Of a stretch of 64,000 bases of DNA, positions 53,325 to 63,411 are shown piece after piece (position 1 is the first letter of the stretch; every line of letters begins with the position of its first letter). The stretch is from Candidatus Bathyarchaeota archaeon (GTDB lineage: Archaea; Thermoproteota; Bathyarchaeia; Bathyarchaeales; Bathycorpusculaceae). The DNA lies in the NCBI GenBank assembly GCA_963827165.1, contig CAWGZR010000005.1:896001-960000 (forward strand), read 5' to 3'. The notes under the pieces are model-generated. The model had not been told where the DNA came from. It searched no databases and worked only from the letters and a program-made list of their open reading frames with translations. A program made the position numbers and the translations under genes.

Positions 53325-54017
53325 CTAAGTAGAGTTTACAGTAAAATTAGCTGACCCTGCTTCATTTGCGTGGTCAATGTGTTGATTTGCCTCCGTCACT
53401 ACAAAAACTCCCAAGTTGTAAGAACCATTTGACAATCCATCGATTGTTGTATTGCCTTGGAACCAAGTCCAGTTTCCTCCATTCAGCTTATAATAAGAGT
53501 AAATGATCTTGGAATTGGTGTAATAAGTTATGTTTATTTTATTGGTGTTGTAGGTTTGGTTTTCTGGAGAAATTATGGTAAGCATCGGATACTTGAATGA
53601 AGTATCGATTGTAAATGTTTCGTTTTCAGGTGTACGTATGCTTCCATCGGCATAATGGTCTGTTATAGTGAATGCGTAATTTCCATTAGATAGGTTTGTT
53701 AAAGTTTTATCAATAATATATTCAGAAGAAAAAGGAATATGCGTCATAACTGAACTGTCAACCACCTTATGATCGCTATTAGTTACTATGTAGGTACAAT
53801 AGAGTACCATCCCTCGGGCAGGGGTATAACCCATTGAAATGTGTACTGTTGTTGAATTAGTGGTATGGAATGGCTCGCTGTACATGTCAAATTCATCTCC
53901 ACCATAACCCGGACCTGTACCACCAGTTGAAAAATCAATGATGAAACCAAGGAAAGCGACAAGAACACTTAAAATAATTAATAGTGCTAATGCGATAATA
54001 GCTTCTTTCTTTTTCAA
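53325..54017 (-). CDS. Membrane-anchored protein with Ig-like repeats
   Basis: N-terminal TM; I.SPEN.TY, GLSNGSY.L.V units; AT-rich. Confidence 0.7.
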   Translation of the reverse strand: MKKKEAIIALALLIILSVLVAFLGFIIDFSTGGTGPGYGGDEFDMYSEPFHTTNSTTVHISMGYTPARGMVLYCTYIVTNSDHKVVDSSVMTHIPFSSEYIIDKTLTNLSNGNYAFTITDHYADGSIRTPENETFTIDTSFKYPMLTIISPENQTYNTNKINITYYTNSKIIYSYYKLNGGNWTWFQGNTTIDGLSNGSYNLGVFVVTEANQHIDHANEAGSANFTVNST

Positions 54018-54329
54018 AGGGACTAATTGTTTGTATGCGTGTTTTCTTAATTAGATTTTCCTTGCTAATAGCAGGATTGCCGGTTGGTTTGTTAGCTTTT
54101 AGGTTTAAGCCTACCACGTAACTAGTAAATTCAATTAGGGGCTAATGCATTTGCCGGATTAGACTAGGCTTTCCTTCTTGCACAACAGTTAGAACAGAAA
54201 ATAGATGTTTGGGGCATTAATCCAGTGCAATAAGAACCTGATATCAAAACAATCTCGAACAGCCTCTTTGACATGAGTGTTGAAACTATTGGTTTTTTGA
54301 TTATAACATTATAGCTTCCACCGTTATTT

Positions 54330-54503
54330 TCAGAAAACGTCTGCCTTAGCAAGAGTAAGGTCCTCAAAGATTCTTTCTACTGTTTCTTTCCGTACTCCCT
54401 TTCGTTCTAAAATTTCAGATAATTGTTCTAAACTAAAGTAGTTATTACACCTAGGGCACTCCACAAAAATATCCTTATAATTAGTTTTTAATCCCTTTTT
54501 CAA
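54330..54503 (-). CDS. 57-aa CPxC microprotein (absent from ORF track)
   Basis: TTG start after AGGTGGTGA SD; MKKGLKTNYKDIFVECPRCNNYFSLEQLSEILERKGVRKETVERIFEDLTLAKADVF. Confidence 0.5.
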   Translation of the reverse strand: MKKGLKTNYKDIFVECPRCNNYFSLEQLSEILERKGVRKETVERIFEDLTLAKADVF

Positions 54504-54681
54504 AAACTCACCACCTTCTAAATATCCTTTGTTAACTTAAGCTATTACGCTTTTTCTTGAACGTCAGACAACAAAGGTTATCCGCACGCGCTCGGTATGC
54601 TCTTTTTGAATTGTGTGGGCTTTCTTTGGGGAATCCCTTAAATCAAGAATGAACAATATTTTTCTGTTCAGGGCTGTCTTG

Positions 54682-54990
54682 ATGGCTGTCAATGTTCGCC
54701 AATTGAAATACCTACTCGGATGGTTAATTGCGGGTTCAAGAGGCGGCCCGATGCGTGCCAAAGTAATTGAGATTCTAAGGCAAACCCCACAAAACGCAAA
54801 TCAGCTTGCTGACACCCTAAATGTTGACTACAAAACAATTCGGCATCACGTAGGACTTTTAGAAAAAAACAATATGATTACATCATCAGGAGCATCGGGT
54901 GGATATGCTGTAACATATTTTTTGTCTCCCGCTTTAGAAGACAATTATGCAGTGTTTGAAGATATTAGGAAAAGAATGGGGCAAAAGTAG
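54682..54990 (+). CDS. ArsR-like winged-helix regulator
   Basis: WLIAGSRGG..R..I...L...P.NANQLA..L..DYKTIRHH..LL. Confidence 0.85.
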   Translation: MAVNVRQLKYLLGWLIAGSRGGPMRAKVIEILRQTPQNANQLADTLNVDYKTIRHHVGLLEKNNMITSSGASGGYAVTYFLSPALEDNYAVFEDIRKRMGQK

Positions 54991-55008
54991 AAAAGGGAGA
55001 AAAAGAAC

Positions 55009-55479
55009 ATGCAAAAACGTATGTACAGAAACTCGAAAATCATTTTCCTAATGGCAGTTGTAATTGCAGTAATTATAGGGACTGCCCTTTTGGCATCGTA
55101 TGCGTTTATCAAGCCATTTAGCCCCTTCACTCCAATCCCACCGCCTACTTTTGGTCAAGGTAATCAACCTCCTGCTCAGGGTTTGCCAGGGGATCTTCAA
55201 CTGTTTTATGCTGTAGAAGTCGTAATCTCCTCAGTTAACATTACGCTTCTTGTGTTTCTCCTATTCACTAATGCGGACATTTTTAGGAAGAGTCGGTCGA
55301 AATTCACATTTGGGCTGCTCATTTTCTCAGCTGCCTTCCTTTTCAAAGATCTAACTTCCAGCCCATTAGTAATTAGGGCTTTTGGGTTTCATCAAGTGGG
55401 TTTAGGTCCTTTCGCGTTTGTGCCAGACTTGTTTGAGTTGGTTGTCTTGGTTGCCCTGGTTTATCTTAGCAACGAATAG
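55009..55479 (+). CDS. Membrane protein, partner of the HTH gene
   Basis: 4 TM; .NI.LL..LL...F....SKFT.GL..F pattern. Confidence 0.7.
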   Translation: MQKRMYRNSKIIFLMAVVIAVIIGTALLASYAFIKPFSPFTPIPPPTFGQGNQPPAQGLPGDLQLFYAVEVVISSVNITLLVFLLFTNADIFRKSRSKFTFGLLIFSAAFLFKDLTSSPLVIRAFGFHQVGLGPFAFVPDLFELVVLVALVYLSNE

Positions 55480-55779
55480 GCCAGCTCCCAGTTTCGATTA
55501 ATTTGTGGTTTCCTATGATTCCCCAGTGATGTCTTGTTAGCAAGCAAAATTAATGAAAAGATTTAGTTAGTTAACGTAATTGTACCGTTGAGATACGTCT
55601 CTCAGTTTATCGATCATTATCTCAAAGTTTTTGTCATTAATTGTTGCTATATTTGGAAGTGAGTTGGAAACGAGTTAGAATACTTGTGGTTCGGATGTTG
55701 AAAAATCGTTTAATAAAAGATTGAGCCAGTTGTCTTTTCAGACAATAAACGGAGGCGACAAAAAATAGAACGAAAAAAT

Positions 55780-56388
55780 TTGGCGTTGGCATTGCTGTTA
55801 ATAACAGCATGCGCCACAATCATCGGTGGATTCATAGTGACAGCACACGCAAATAACGCAAACTCAACCACTTCTTCAACAACAAGCTCTACAAACGCCA
55901 TCGCATCAGAAATCAATGCCACTAACCCCCAACAACTGGGAATGAATGGCATGAACAATGGTAATCAGGGATTTGGCGGACCAATGGGACAGAACGGAAA
56001 CATGGGGCAGTCAATGAGCGGACCAATGGGAACAGGCGATAACATGAATGGATTCATGGGCAGCATGAGTGGCTTCGAAGTCAGCTCAGCCTACACAGCT
56101 AACGTAACAGCTATATTGGACAGCGACACAAACGTTGCGAAATTAATTTCGGAAGGCTATAACGTAACATCAATCAACCCCATAATACAAAATGTCATCA
56201 ACGGCGACGGAACAATCACAATGCAGGCAACCACAGCGATAGTCACATTGCAAGATGGCACCTCTGGATACGCAACAGCGCACGTAGACCTTACCTCTGG
56301 AACAGTCACCAAAATAGTCATCATCACCAGAACTGAAATAGACAATACAACCACCAGCACAACCAATTCAACAAACACCACCAGCTAG
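55780..56388 (+). CDS. Secreted protein with Gly/Met/Asn-rich linker
   Basis: Signal peptide, GM-rich tract, C-terminal domain EVSS.Y..NV..IL..D; start uncertain. Confidence 0.7.
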   Translation: MALALLLITACATIIGGFIVTAHANNANSTTSSTTSSTNAIASEINATNPQQLGMNGMNNGNQGFGGPMGQNGNMGQSMSGPMGTGDNMNGFMGSMSGFEVSSAYTANVTAILDSDTNVAKLISEGYNVTSINPIIQNVINGDGTITMQATTAIVTLQDGTSGYATAHVDLTSGTVTKIVIITRTEIDNTTTSTTNSTNTTS

Positions 56389-56404
56389 ACGTGAAACTCA
56401 ATTG

Positions 56405-56436
56405 GAAGGGATAGTTCGACTACAACTATCTCCTTC
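56405..56436 (+). terminator. Hairpin downstream of 56388
   Basis: gaagggatagtt / aactatctccttc, 12 bp with one bulge. Confidence 0.45.
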
Positions 56437-56478
56437 TCAACCATTTCTGCCTGATGACAAAAACGCTAACTAAGAAGT

Positions 56479-56587
56479 GGGGGGCTGACAAGACTCCAGA
56501 TAAATTACGATTAACGCAATCGTGATGGCGCTTTTGCATTTGCGCTCTTTTCTCCTTAAAATTTTTTGGAGTCTCAGCAAACCCTCT
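56479..56587. repeat. Inverted-repeat module of the dispersed repeat (MITE-like)
   Basis: ggggctgacaagactccaga ... tttggagtctcagcaaaccc. Confidence 0.6.
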
Positions 56588-56846
56588 ACCACCTTACTTT
56601 TTCTTTGGAACAATAGCGGTTATCGTTCAAGCAAAAAATATTCCAAAAAAGGAAAAACCCTTCTGTGATTAAAAATCAGGCGTTCTTTTTTAGGGTATTC
56701 TATCACAATACTTCTGGCTTTTCAATCAAGTTCTTATGGAGCTTGCCTTAGAATAGTTGATACTCTTTCTATACTATTCTTAGAACAGCACGTTAAACAG
56801 CAAGGCAAATATATTCAACCCTTCCTTGAATTGTTGAGGTTATAGC

Positions 56847-57008
56847 ATGAAAGTGAAAGCTCTTCCTGACGGACCTTATTTAGTTGAATCTGAGGCAAAA
56901 GGGAAAGTCGCTCTATGTCGTTGTGGACTATCAAAAAACAAGCCATACTGTGATGGCGCACATGTTAAAGGCAATTTTAAAGCAGAGAAAACTGAAATCG
57001 ACCTCTAG
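56847..57008 (+). CDS. CDGSH iron-sulfur domain microprotein, 53 aa (absent from ORF track)
   Basis: MKVKALPDGPYLV...LCRCGLSKNKPYCDGAH; GAGGT SD. Confidence 0.9.
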   Translation: MKVKALPDGPYLVESEAKGKVALCRCGLSKNKPYCDGAHVKGNFKAEKTEIDL

Positions 57009-57346
57009 AAACAGAAGGAAAAGTACCTCCCAAGATTTTCTTTTTTTAGAAGAATTTCTAAATTTTTCGATGCATCGTCTAAAGGGCGATTTTGGCAAAG
57101 TTCTTAAAACGGGGAAAAAGCAAATATTGTTAAGACAACCCAAAATTATTTGGATCTGTGCATCGTAAAGCCTGTAGAGGAGATATCACCCGAATTCCCT
57201 CTTTTTTCTGAATTCTTGCGCTTAAAAATTATCGAAAATAAGAGTTCGCTATGCAAAAGTTTTTGTGCCAATCTGATGCTCGAAATCTTGCGCAGGTTTC
57301 CCGCCCTTTGTTTTAGTATCTTTGCCGCTAAATCCACCTGGCATTT

Positions 57347-58318
57347 TCAGAATGTTGTGATATATTGAAGCGGGGTTGGCCATGCGTTTGGCATGGGCCT
57401 AAGATTCGTCTCGATTCCTTTTATGTTTGGAATTTTCATTATCTGATCATTAATCTCATAGATGCTCTTGCAATCTTTAACAAGACCCACAAAGGACAAG
57501 TCGTGGGCTCCACTCATCTTCAGAATGTAGCTAACCCCCGGGATCACACTCAACTTGTCAGCCACATCATTTGCTTCATTGGGATCACAGAGAAGCAGAT
57601 TCGCGCTAAAAATTCCCTGGTAACCGAGTTTCACAAAGTCTATTTGGATTGAGATCTTTATGAGGTTCTTGCTCCTAAGCTCTTCATATTTTCTGGCTAC
57701 AGTTGCTGTAGAGGAACCGACCTCTCGGGCAATTTTGCTAAAAGCAAGTCGACCGTCTTTGGCGAGCAAATCAATGATCTTCACGTCGGTCTCATTAAAA
57801 TCCGTTGAAACGTCGGTTTGGTCACCTGTTATAACCAATTGGTTGGATTCCAGGATAGTTGTTGTAATACCGAGCGTGTTTTCAGGAATATTTCTGACGT
57901 CAGTCCAAATGTAAGTTCGGATATTGTTTATTCGATTTTTTTTGCAGACTTCCTGCTTGACTCGTTCCAAGTCGCTAAGACCTTTCAACGTGAAAATGAC
58001 CTGGATGTTAAAGGGTGAGTTGTACAAAATTCTGACATTTCGAATGTCCGGAATACTTCGAAGCCGGTCATACGTTTCCGCTAAGTATTGCGAATCGACG
58101 TTTATCATGGTTAAAGATACGCCAGAGTAACCGAACCTTTTGAAGTTGTATTGAACAGTGGCACCTACGATGATGCCTGCTTTTCTCAGTTCTTCAAACC
58201 TGGATCTTATCACATTTTCATTCAATTGGCACTTTTGTGCAATGGCTCGAAAACTCTTTCTTCCATCTTTTAGCAGTTCCTGAAGGATTTTAATGTCGAC
58301 AGCGTCAGGCTCTTTCAT
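57347..58318 (-). CDS. Tandem (double) Lrp/AsnC regulator
   Basis: Two HTH-RAM modules; divergent from propeller paralog 4. Confidence 0.9.
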   Translation of the reverse strand: MKEPDAVDIKILQELLKDGRKSFRAIAQKCQLNENVIRSRFEELRKAGIIVGATVQYNFKRFGYSGVSLTMINVDSQYLAETYDRLRSIPDIRNVRILYNSPFNIQVIFTLKGLSDLERVKQEVCKKNRINNIRTYIWTDVRNIPENTLGITTTILESNQLVITGDQTDVSTDFNETDVKIIDLLAKDGRLAFSKIAREVGSSTATVARKYEELRSKNLIKISIQIDFVKLGYQGIFSANLLLCDPNEANDVADKLSVIPGVSYILKMSGAHDLSFVGLVKDCKSIYEINDQIMKIPNIKGIETNLRPMPNAWPTPLQYITTF

Positions 58319-58521
58319 GTCATTAATTCCAAGAGGTGTCTCGTCGTTGTGCTAAATAAACTGAACTGTTTTGTTAGTTTAGAATCATTATCGGAAACTT
58401 TGTTGTGCTGATACGATTATTGAACTTTAAGGTGATATTAATCGTTTATTTTAGTTATTTCTCTTTTTGTGAAAAAACTTATAAATGATCAACAATAATT
58501 GCTAGAGCCAGGGAGAAAAAT

Positions 58522-61509
58522 ATGAAAATACCAAAAAATAAAATGGCGTCGCTAATTATCGCTTTGATTTTAACAATTATCCTAGGAGGTTCATCGTTAC
58601 TTGTACCTAGTGCATATGCGCACAACCCAGGGTGGAATATTCCAACATACGCTTACATCAGCATCTCACCAAATCCAGACGGTGTTGGCCAATCCGTAAT
58701 AGTTTACATGTGGCTCGACTGCGTTTACGGAGCTGCCGGCGGCACCGCTGCTGCAGTTGGGACCAACGGTTACACAGCAAGCGCGGCATTGTTGTCAAAC
58801 GACTATAGATTCCACGACTATCAACTGACCATCACTGCTCCCGATAGCACAAAAACAAAAAACACTTTTTCGATCATCTCAGACCCAACTTCTGATCAAT
58901 CCACAACTTTTACTCCCACACAGGCTGGTACATACACTTTCAATTTCACCTTTTCCGGTCAAGTTTACGGAGCAAACGGCGATGGCTACTCTGCTTCGTC
59001 ATTAGTCAACGATACTTATCTCCCAAGTTCAGCATCAGCGACTCTTACAGTGCAACAATCTCCAATCCCTTCGCTAGTAACCAACGAACCGCTTCCAACC
59101 GCTTTCTGGGAAACCCCAATTTACGGTGAAAACTCAAACTGGTACACGATCTCGTCAAACTGGCTTGGCCCAGGTTCACCAACTCTGTCAGGCTACACGG
59201 TTAATTCTGGCTCCTATCAACTTTACCACCCGGACGCAACGGGTCCTTTGACTTCACACATCATGTGGACAAGCCAACTTCAATTCGGGGGAGTCGTCGG
59301 CGGAAACATGTACCCTGCTGGGGGCTCAGATCCCAACGGAGCCGGCATAGGCGTATCCTATTTTGAAGGCTCTTCATACGAACCCAGATTCGTCAACCCC
59401 ATAATAATTGACGGATATCTCTTCTACACTGAACCAGTATCCTTCTCAGGTGGATCTAGTGGACCAACAGTCTGCGTTAACCTTGAAACAGACCAACAAC
59501 TCTGGTCGTCAACCGCAGTGCCTCAATTATCGTTCGCTTACATCTACAATCTGTGGGATCCAGATCAACACGGAGTTTACCCGCCAATCCTTGTCGCTAC
59601 AAACCCTGAAAACGGTAACTGGCAACTCTATGATGCTTACACTGGTGATTCACTTTTCAACGTGACAGGTGTCCCCTCAGGCACCGTAGTCGCAGGCCCT
59701 AATGGCGAACAATTGAGATACGTAATAGCCAACGATGGCACGGCAACAAATCCGCAATGGTACTTATCCGAATGGAACTCCTCTAAGCTATGGCAATACG
59801 ACATTAACCCATATACCGGAACCGGAAGCTTATCTCCAGCCGTCATAAATGAAACAAACGGTTACCTAATCGGAGGCGCCGTTGGCAGCGCAACTAGCCC
59901 TGGAGCTCTTCCTCCACCAAACACAGGCGTTGATAGCGCCGTCAGTCCAAGTGGTAAAACAGTAAATGTGCCAGCTGGTTCAACCATACTTGTAAACGCA
60001 AACATCCCCATCCATGACACTGCGGATGCGCCAGGAACGACAACGCCTATCTACGAGTTTAACCAGGATTCATTAACTACATACGACTGGAACATCTCCA
60101 TTCCGTGGCTAAACACTATGCCTGTGCAACCCGCCTTCAATAGCGTTACAGGAATCTACACACCCGCGGCCCCAGGAACCAATCCAGTATCTGTGGTTGC
60201 AGCTGATTATGGAGATTTAATGCTTTGCAGAAACGGCTCCTTACCAACGGGCTTTGCGGCAGATGACACCGGCAGTTTCGATCAGCCATACACAATGTTC
60301 GCTGTCAACTTGAACTCTTCCGTCGGCACGGTAGGATCAATATTGTGGATGAAGACCTACAACCCACCTCTTGGCAACATCACTCTCCAATTACCAATCG
60401 TCGACTTCCAAACTCGCGTTTTCGTCTTCCAATACTACGAGACCATGCAATGGGTAGGCTTCAGCTTAACCAATGGCAATCCGATATGGGGTCCCACGCC
60501 AAGCGAAGTGGCTTTCAACTACTACGACTGGAGCGGCTACAACCCTGGCGTAATGGCTTACGGTAACCTTTACAGTGGTGGATTCGGAGGAGTAACTTAC
60601 TGCTTTAACGACAAGACTGGAGCGCTGGAATGGACTTGGGGCAACGGACTGGCGAGCTCAGACAACAGTACTTACGCCGGCGTGAACACGCCTTACGGTG
60701 ACTATCCAACATTCATTCAATCGGTTTCAAATGGAATTGTATACTTAGCTACTGATGAGCACACCATTCCCAATCCGCTTTTCGAGGGCGCCACATACGA
60801 TGCCATAAATGCGACAACAGGCAAAATGATATGGCAACTTTCAGGCTATCCTAGTGAATGGGCGTACAGTGGCAGTCAATGGGCAACCGCAGACGGCTAC
60901 TTAGCTTGCATGAACGGCTACAACAACCAAATCTACAGCGTAGGCCAAGGACCAAGCAAAACCACAGTTTCGGCACCTGACCTCGGAGTGACAACAGCCA
61001 CGCCAGTAACGATAAAGGGCACAGTAATGGATATTTCCGCCGGAACAACACAAAGTCAACAAGCAGCTGACTTTCCAAATGGAGTCCCAGTCGCATCGGA
61101 CAAGAGCATGACAGGATGGATGGGCTACGTTTACCAGCAGCAACCAGAACCAGCAAACTTCACAGGTGTTCAAGTTACGCTATCGGTCTTAGACTCGAAT
61201 GGCAACCACAGGACTATCGGTACTACCACGACCAACGCTCAGGGTGAATATGGCTTCGCATGGACTCCTGATATCCCAGGCAACTACACTGTGTACGCTA
61301 GCTTTGCAGGCACAAACGCATACTTCGGATCCTCAGCTTCAACTTTCTTCTATGCTAGCTCACCACCATCAACATCTGCCCCGACAGTATCACCAGTCAG
61401 CGACTTAGCCTCAAACACAACAGTCATGTACGCAGTCGTCGCAATGATCATTGTCTTCATCGTAGGCATCACCGTAGTCGCATTGCTCGTGACGAGAAAA
61501 CATCCATAA
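58522..61509 (+). CDS. PQQ-like beta-propeller surface protein (paralog 4)
   Basis: PNPDGVGQSV, YFEGSSY.PRF.NPII, FPNGVPVASD, TM + RKHP. Confidence 0.85.
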   Translation: MKIPKNKMASLIIALILTIILGGSSLLVPSAYAHNPGWNIPTYAYISISPNPDGVGQSVIVYMWLDCVYGAAGGTAAAVGTNGYTASAALLSNDYRFHDYQLTITAPDSTKTKNTFSIISDPTSDQSTTFTPTQAGTYTFNFTFSGQVYGANGDGYSASSLVNDTYLPSSASATLTVQQSPIPSLVTNEPLPTAFWETPIYGENSNWYTISSNWLGPGSPTLSGYTVNSGSYQLYHPDATGPLTSHIMWTSQLQFGGVVGGNMYPAGGSDPNGAGIGVSYFEGSSYEPRFVNPIIIDGYLFYTEPVSFSGGSSGPTVCVNLETDQQLWSSTAVPQLSFAYIYNLWDPDQHGVYPPILVATNPENGNWQLYDAYTGDSLFNVTGVPSGTVVAGPNGEQLRYVIANDGTATNPQWYLSEWNSSKLWQYDINPYTGTGSLSPAVINETNGYLIGGAVGSATSPGALPPPNTGVDSAVSPSGKTVNVPAGSTILVNANIPIHDTADAPGTTTPIYEFNQDSLTTYDWNISIPWLNTMPVQPAFNSVTGIYTPAAPGTNPVSVVAADYGDLMLCRNGSLPTGFAADDTGSFDQPYTMFAVNLNSSVGTVGSILWMKTYNPPLGNITLQLPIVDFQTRVFVFQYYETMQWVGFSLTNGNPIWGPTPSEVAFNYYDWSGYNPGVMAYGNLYSGGFGGVTYCFNDKTGALEWTWGNGLASSDNSTYAGVNTPYGDYPTFIQSVSNGIVYLATDEHTIPNPLFEGATYDAINATTGKMIWQLSGYPSEWAYSGSQWATADGYLACMNGYNNQIYSVGQGPSKTTVSAPDLGVTTATPVTIKGTVMDISAGTTQSQQAADFPNGVPVASDKSMTGWMGYVYQQQPEPANFTGVQVTLSVLDSNGNHRTIGTTTTNAQGEYGFAWTPDIPGNYTVYASFAGTNAYFGSSASTFFYASSPPSTSAPTVSPVSDLASNTTVMYAVVAMIIVFIVGITVVALLVTRKHP

Positions 61510-61576
61510 AACGACAAAACAACAAAACAAATTACCTTTTTTCCTTTTTTTAAAATTTTTAGAAAATACTGACGTC

Positions 61577-61696
61577 AGGGGCTGAGAAGGCTCGGGTTAC
61601 ACTCAAAAATAGCTGCAATTGAAGAGTTTGTATTTTTCTTTTTCTCCTAAAGAAAAAACTTTTCTTCCTTAGTTTCCGGAGCCTCAGCAAACCCCT
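61577..61696. repeat. Inverted-repeat module of the dispersed repeat (MITE-like)
   Basis: aggggctgagaaggctcggg ... tccggagcctcagcaaacccct; internal gctgcaattgaa shared with the 63412-63630 copy. Confidence 0.7.
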
Positions 61697-61755
61697 AATG
61701 CTCTAAGATTTTACTATTTTTTTTTTAAAAAAACATGCCTTAGTATAGCAAGTTT

Positions 61756-61778
61756 TGACGCCGGGAGGGATTCGAACC
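61756..61778 (-). repeat. tRNA 3'-end-like fragment
   Basis: Minus strand GGTTCGAATCCCTCCCGGCGTCA. Confidence 0.6.
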
Positions 61779-61830
61779 AAAAACTGGATTAAATCTTTAT
61801 GAAATTGAACTTCAACAAATTCAAGATCAA

Positions 61831-61895
61831 GCGGTCTGAGGGGATTTGAACCCCCTGCAAAAATGGAGAAATCATCCGGGCCTTCCCATTTTTCT
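61831..61895 (-). repeat. tRNA 3'-end-like fragment with repeat body
   Basis: Minus strand GGGGGTTCAAATCCCCTCAGACCGC; followed on + by aaatggagaaatcatccg as at 52244. Confidence 0.65.
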
Positions 61896-62047
61896 TTAAA
61901 TTATGCGAAAAAATATGCAAAATGAGGCGGATGCATGAGTAGGACTTGAATTCATCTGGTTTGTAAATATCCTATAGATAATTGCTTTTGAATTTAGGCC
62001 CAGTTGATTTATATTTCATGATGGTGCATGAAACATCTGAAATTCAA

Positions 62048-62203
62048 ATGTCAAAAAAGAATCAGCTGGAAAAACTTTGCCCTGAATGCGAAGAAGATAT
62101 GAATCCTGTTTTTGACAAAAACAAGGTACTCGTTTGTTGGGAATGCACAGAGTGTGGTACAATTGTTTTAGCAACAAAAGAAGTCAAACAAGAAAAGCCT
62201 TAG
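62048..62203 (+). CDS. 51-aa zinc-ribbon microprotein
   Basis: CPECEEDM...WECTECG. Confidence 0.65.
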   Translation: MSKKNQLEKLCPECEEDMNPVFDKNKVLVCWECTECGTIVLATKEVKQEKP

Positions 62204-62703
62204 CCCAGCACATTAGGACCAAACTCGCAGGAACAAAAGCTAAACCTGGTTCAACTTCAAACCAAGCATTGGAATTTATAGCTAAATCCGTTCTCCCCAT
62301 CTGCGATAAGCTTTCCCGATTTGACGCTAGGCGTTAATTTGATCGGTTAAAAAAGGCATAGAGCAAATGTATGCAAGTTTTATCTTATTGCGTCTCCATT
62401 TATGCAGCACTGTCTGGTTGAGTTTTTGATAATGATTTGTGCCTTTTGTATAACCGATTTGAGCTATCTCTTTTTTGGTTTAACCCCTGTCTAATTTAGG
62501 TAAAGGTAAACTTGAACCCAGGCGAAAGTGGAGATGACATCCAATATATCCATTTTTCTTTTGGCTCTTTCAGTTTCCGCTTTCTATGATTTTTTTCCGC
62601 TTTTTGTCGAATAATGCTTCTGGGTTGTTGCTTCTGTAAGTACACCTGCGATAGATTCTCAACTAAAGAAATTACTTGAGAACCTTGCGAATGTTTACTT
62701 GTT

Positions 62704-63099
62704 TTAGAATGCATCGACTATATTTTCCATAACTTGCTTTTCGGCTGTCCTGCTTTCTCCTCTGTTTTTTATGAGCATTTCCAGAGACTTTGCAGTTTTT
62801 AAGTAAAGTTTTTTTTCTGCTATAAAGTCGTTTGGCACTCCGCCAACATACCAAGAATGGAAATGATAGCACTGATAGAAGAGCTGATTGTAGACTTCTC
62901 CCCTTTTTGCAGCTGCCGACTTTAGTGCGTGGACGTTATCATTTTTCAGGTTTGAATCCTGCGATATATCAGTTTTCACACATTCCCAGAGCAGTTCCCC
63001 AGCTTCAGCCAAATCATCACTTATGCCATTCTCCAAGTATTTACAGTATTCTTCCTTGCTTTGACCCAACAACTTCTTCAAAAAAATGTTATCGACCAT
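62704..63099 (-). CDS. PaREP1/HEPN-like protein
   Basis: YLE.G..DL..AGE.LW..V and FH..Y patterns resemble PaREP1. Confidence 0.5.
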   Translation of the reverse strand: MVDNIFLKKLLGQSKEEYCKYLENGISDDLAEAGELLWECVKTDISQDSNLKNDNVHALKSAAAKRGEVYNQLFYQCYHFHSWYVGGVPNDFIAEKKLYLKTAKSLEMLIKNRGESRTAEKQVMENIVDAF

Positions 63100-63411
63100 T
63101 TTACTTCGTGAACTGAACAAATGGAGAAGGTAAAAACCTTTCCTCCTCAAAAAAAAATTTAGCTCATCAATACCCGCTAATTTGAATATTTGCTCTCTTG
63201 TGACTCTATTTTTGCTGCTTTTGGTTTATTCACCAAAGTGCACCTACAATTCCTTCGAAGACTATAATTAGAACGGCGCATTCAACTTCAACGATGCACT
63301 GCATTTCGCGGGCTATTACATCGCTTATTCCAACGCAAACAGCTAGATGGTCTCCCTCTTAAAAAAAAAGAATGCATCTCAATGTAGCGATAATGCCGGG
63401 GTTTATTTGAA

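Noticed and set aside
31038-61509. Diversity-generating retroelement acting on the propeller genes
   Set aside because: No reverse transcriptase and no near-identical TR/VR pair with adenine-specific differences seen.
62496-62714. 72-aa ORF downstream of the PaREP1-like gene as a toxin-antitoxin partner
   Set aside because: No recognisable motif; cannot be supported.
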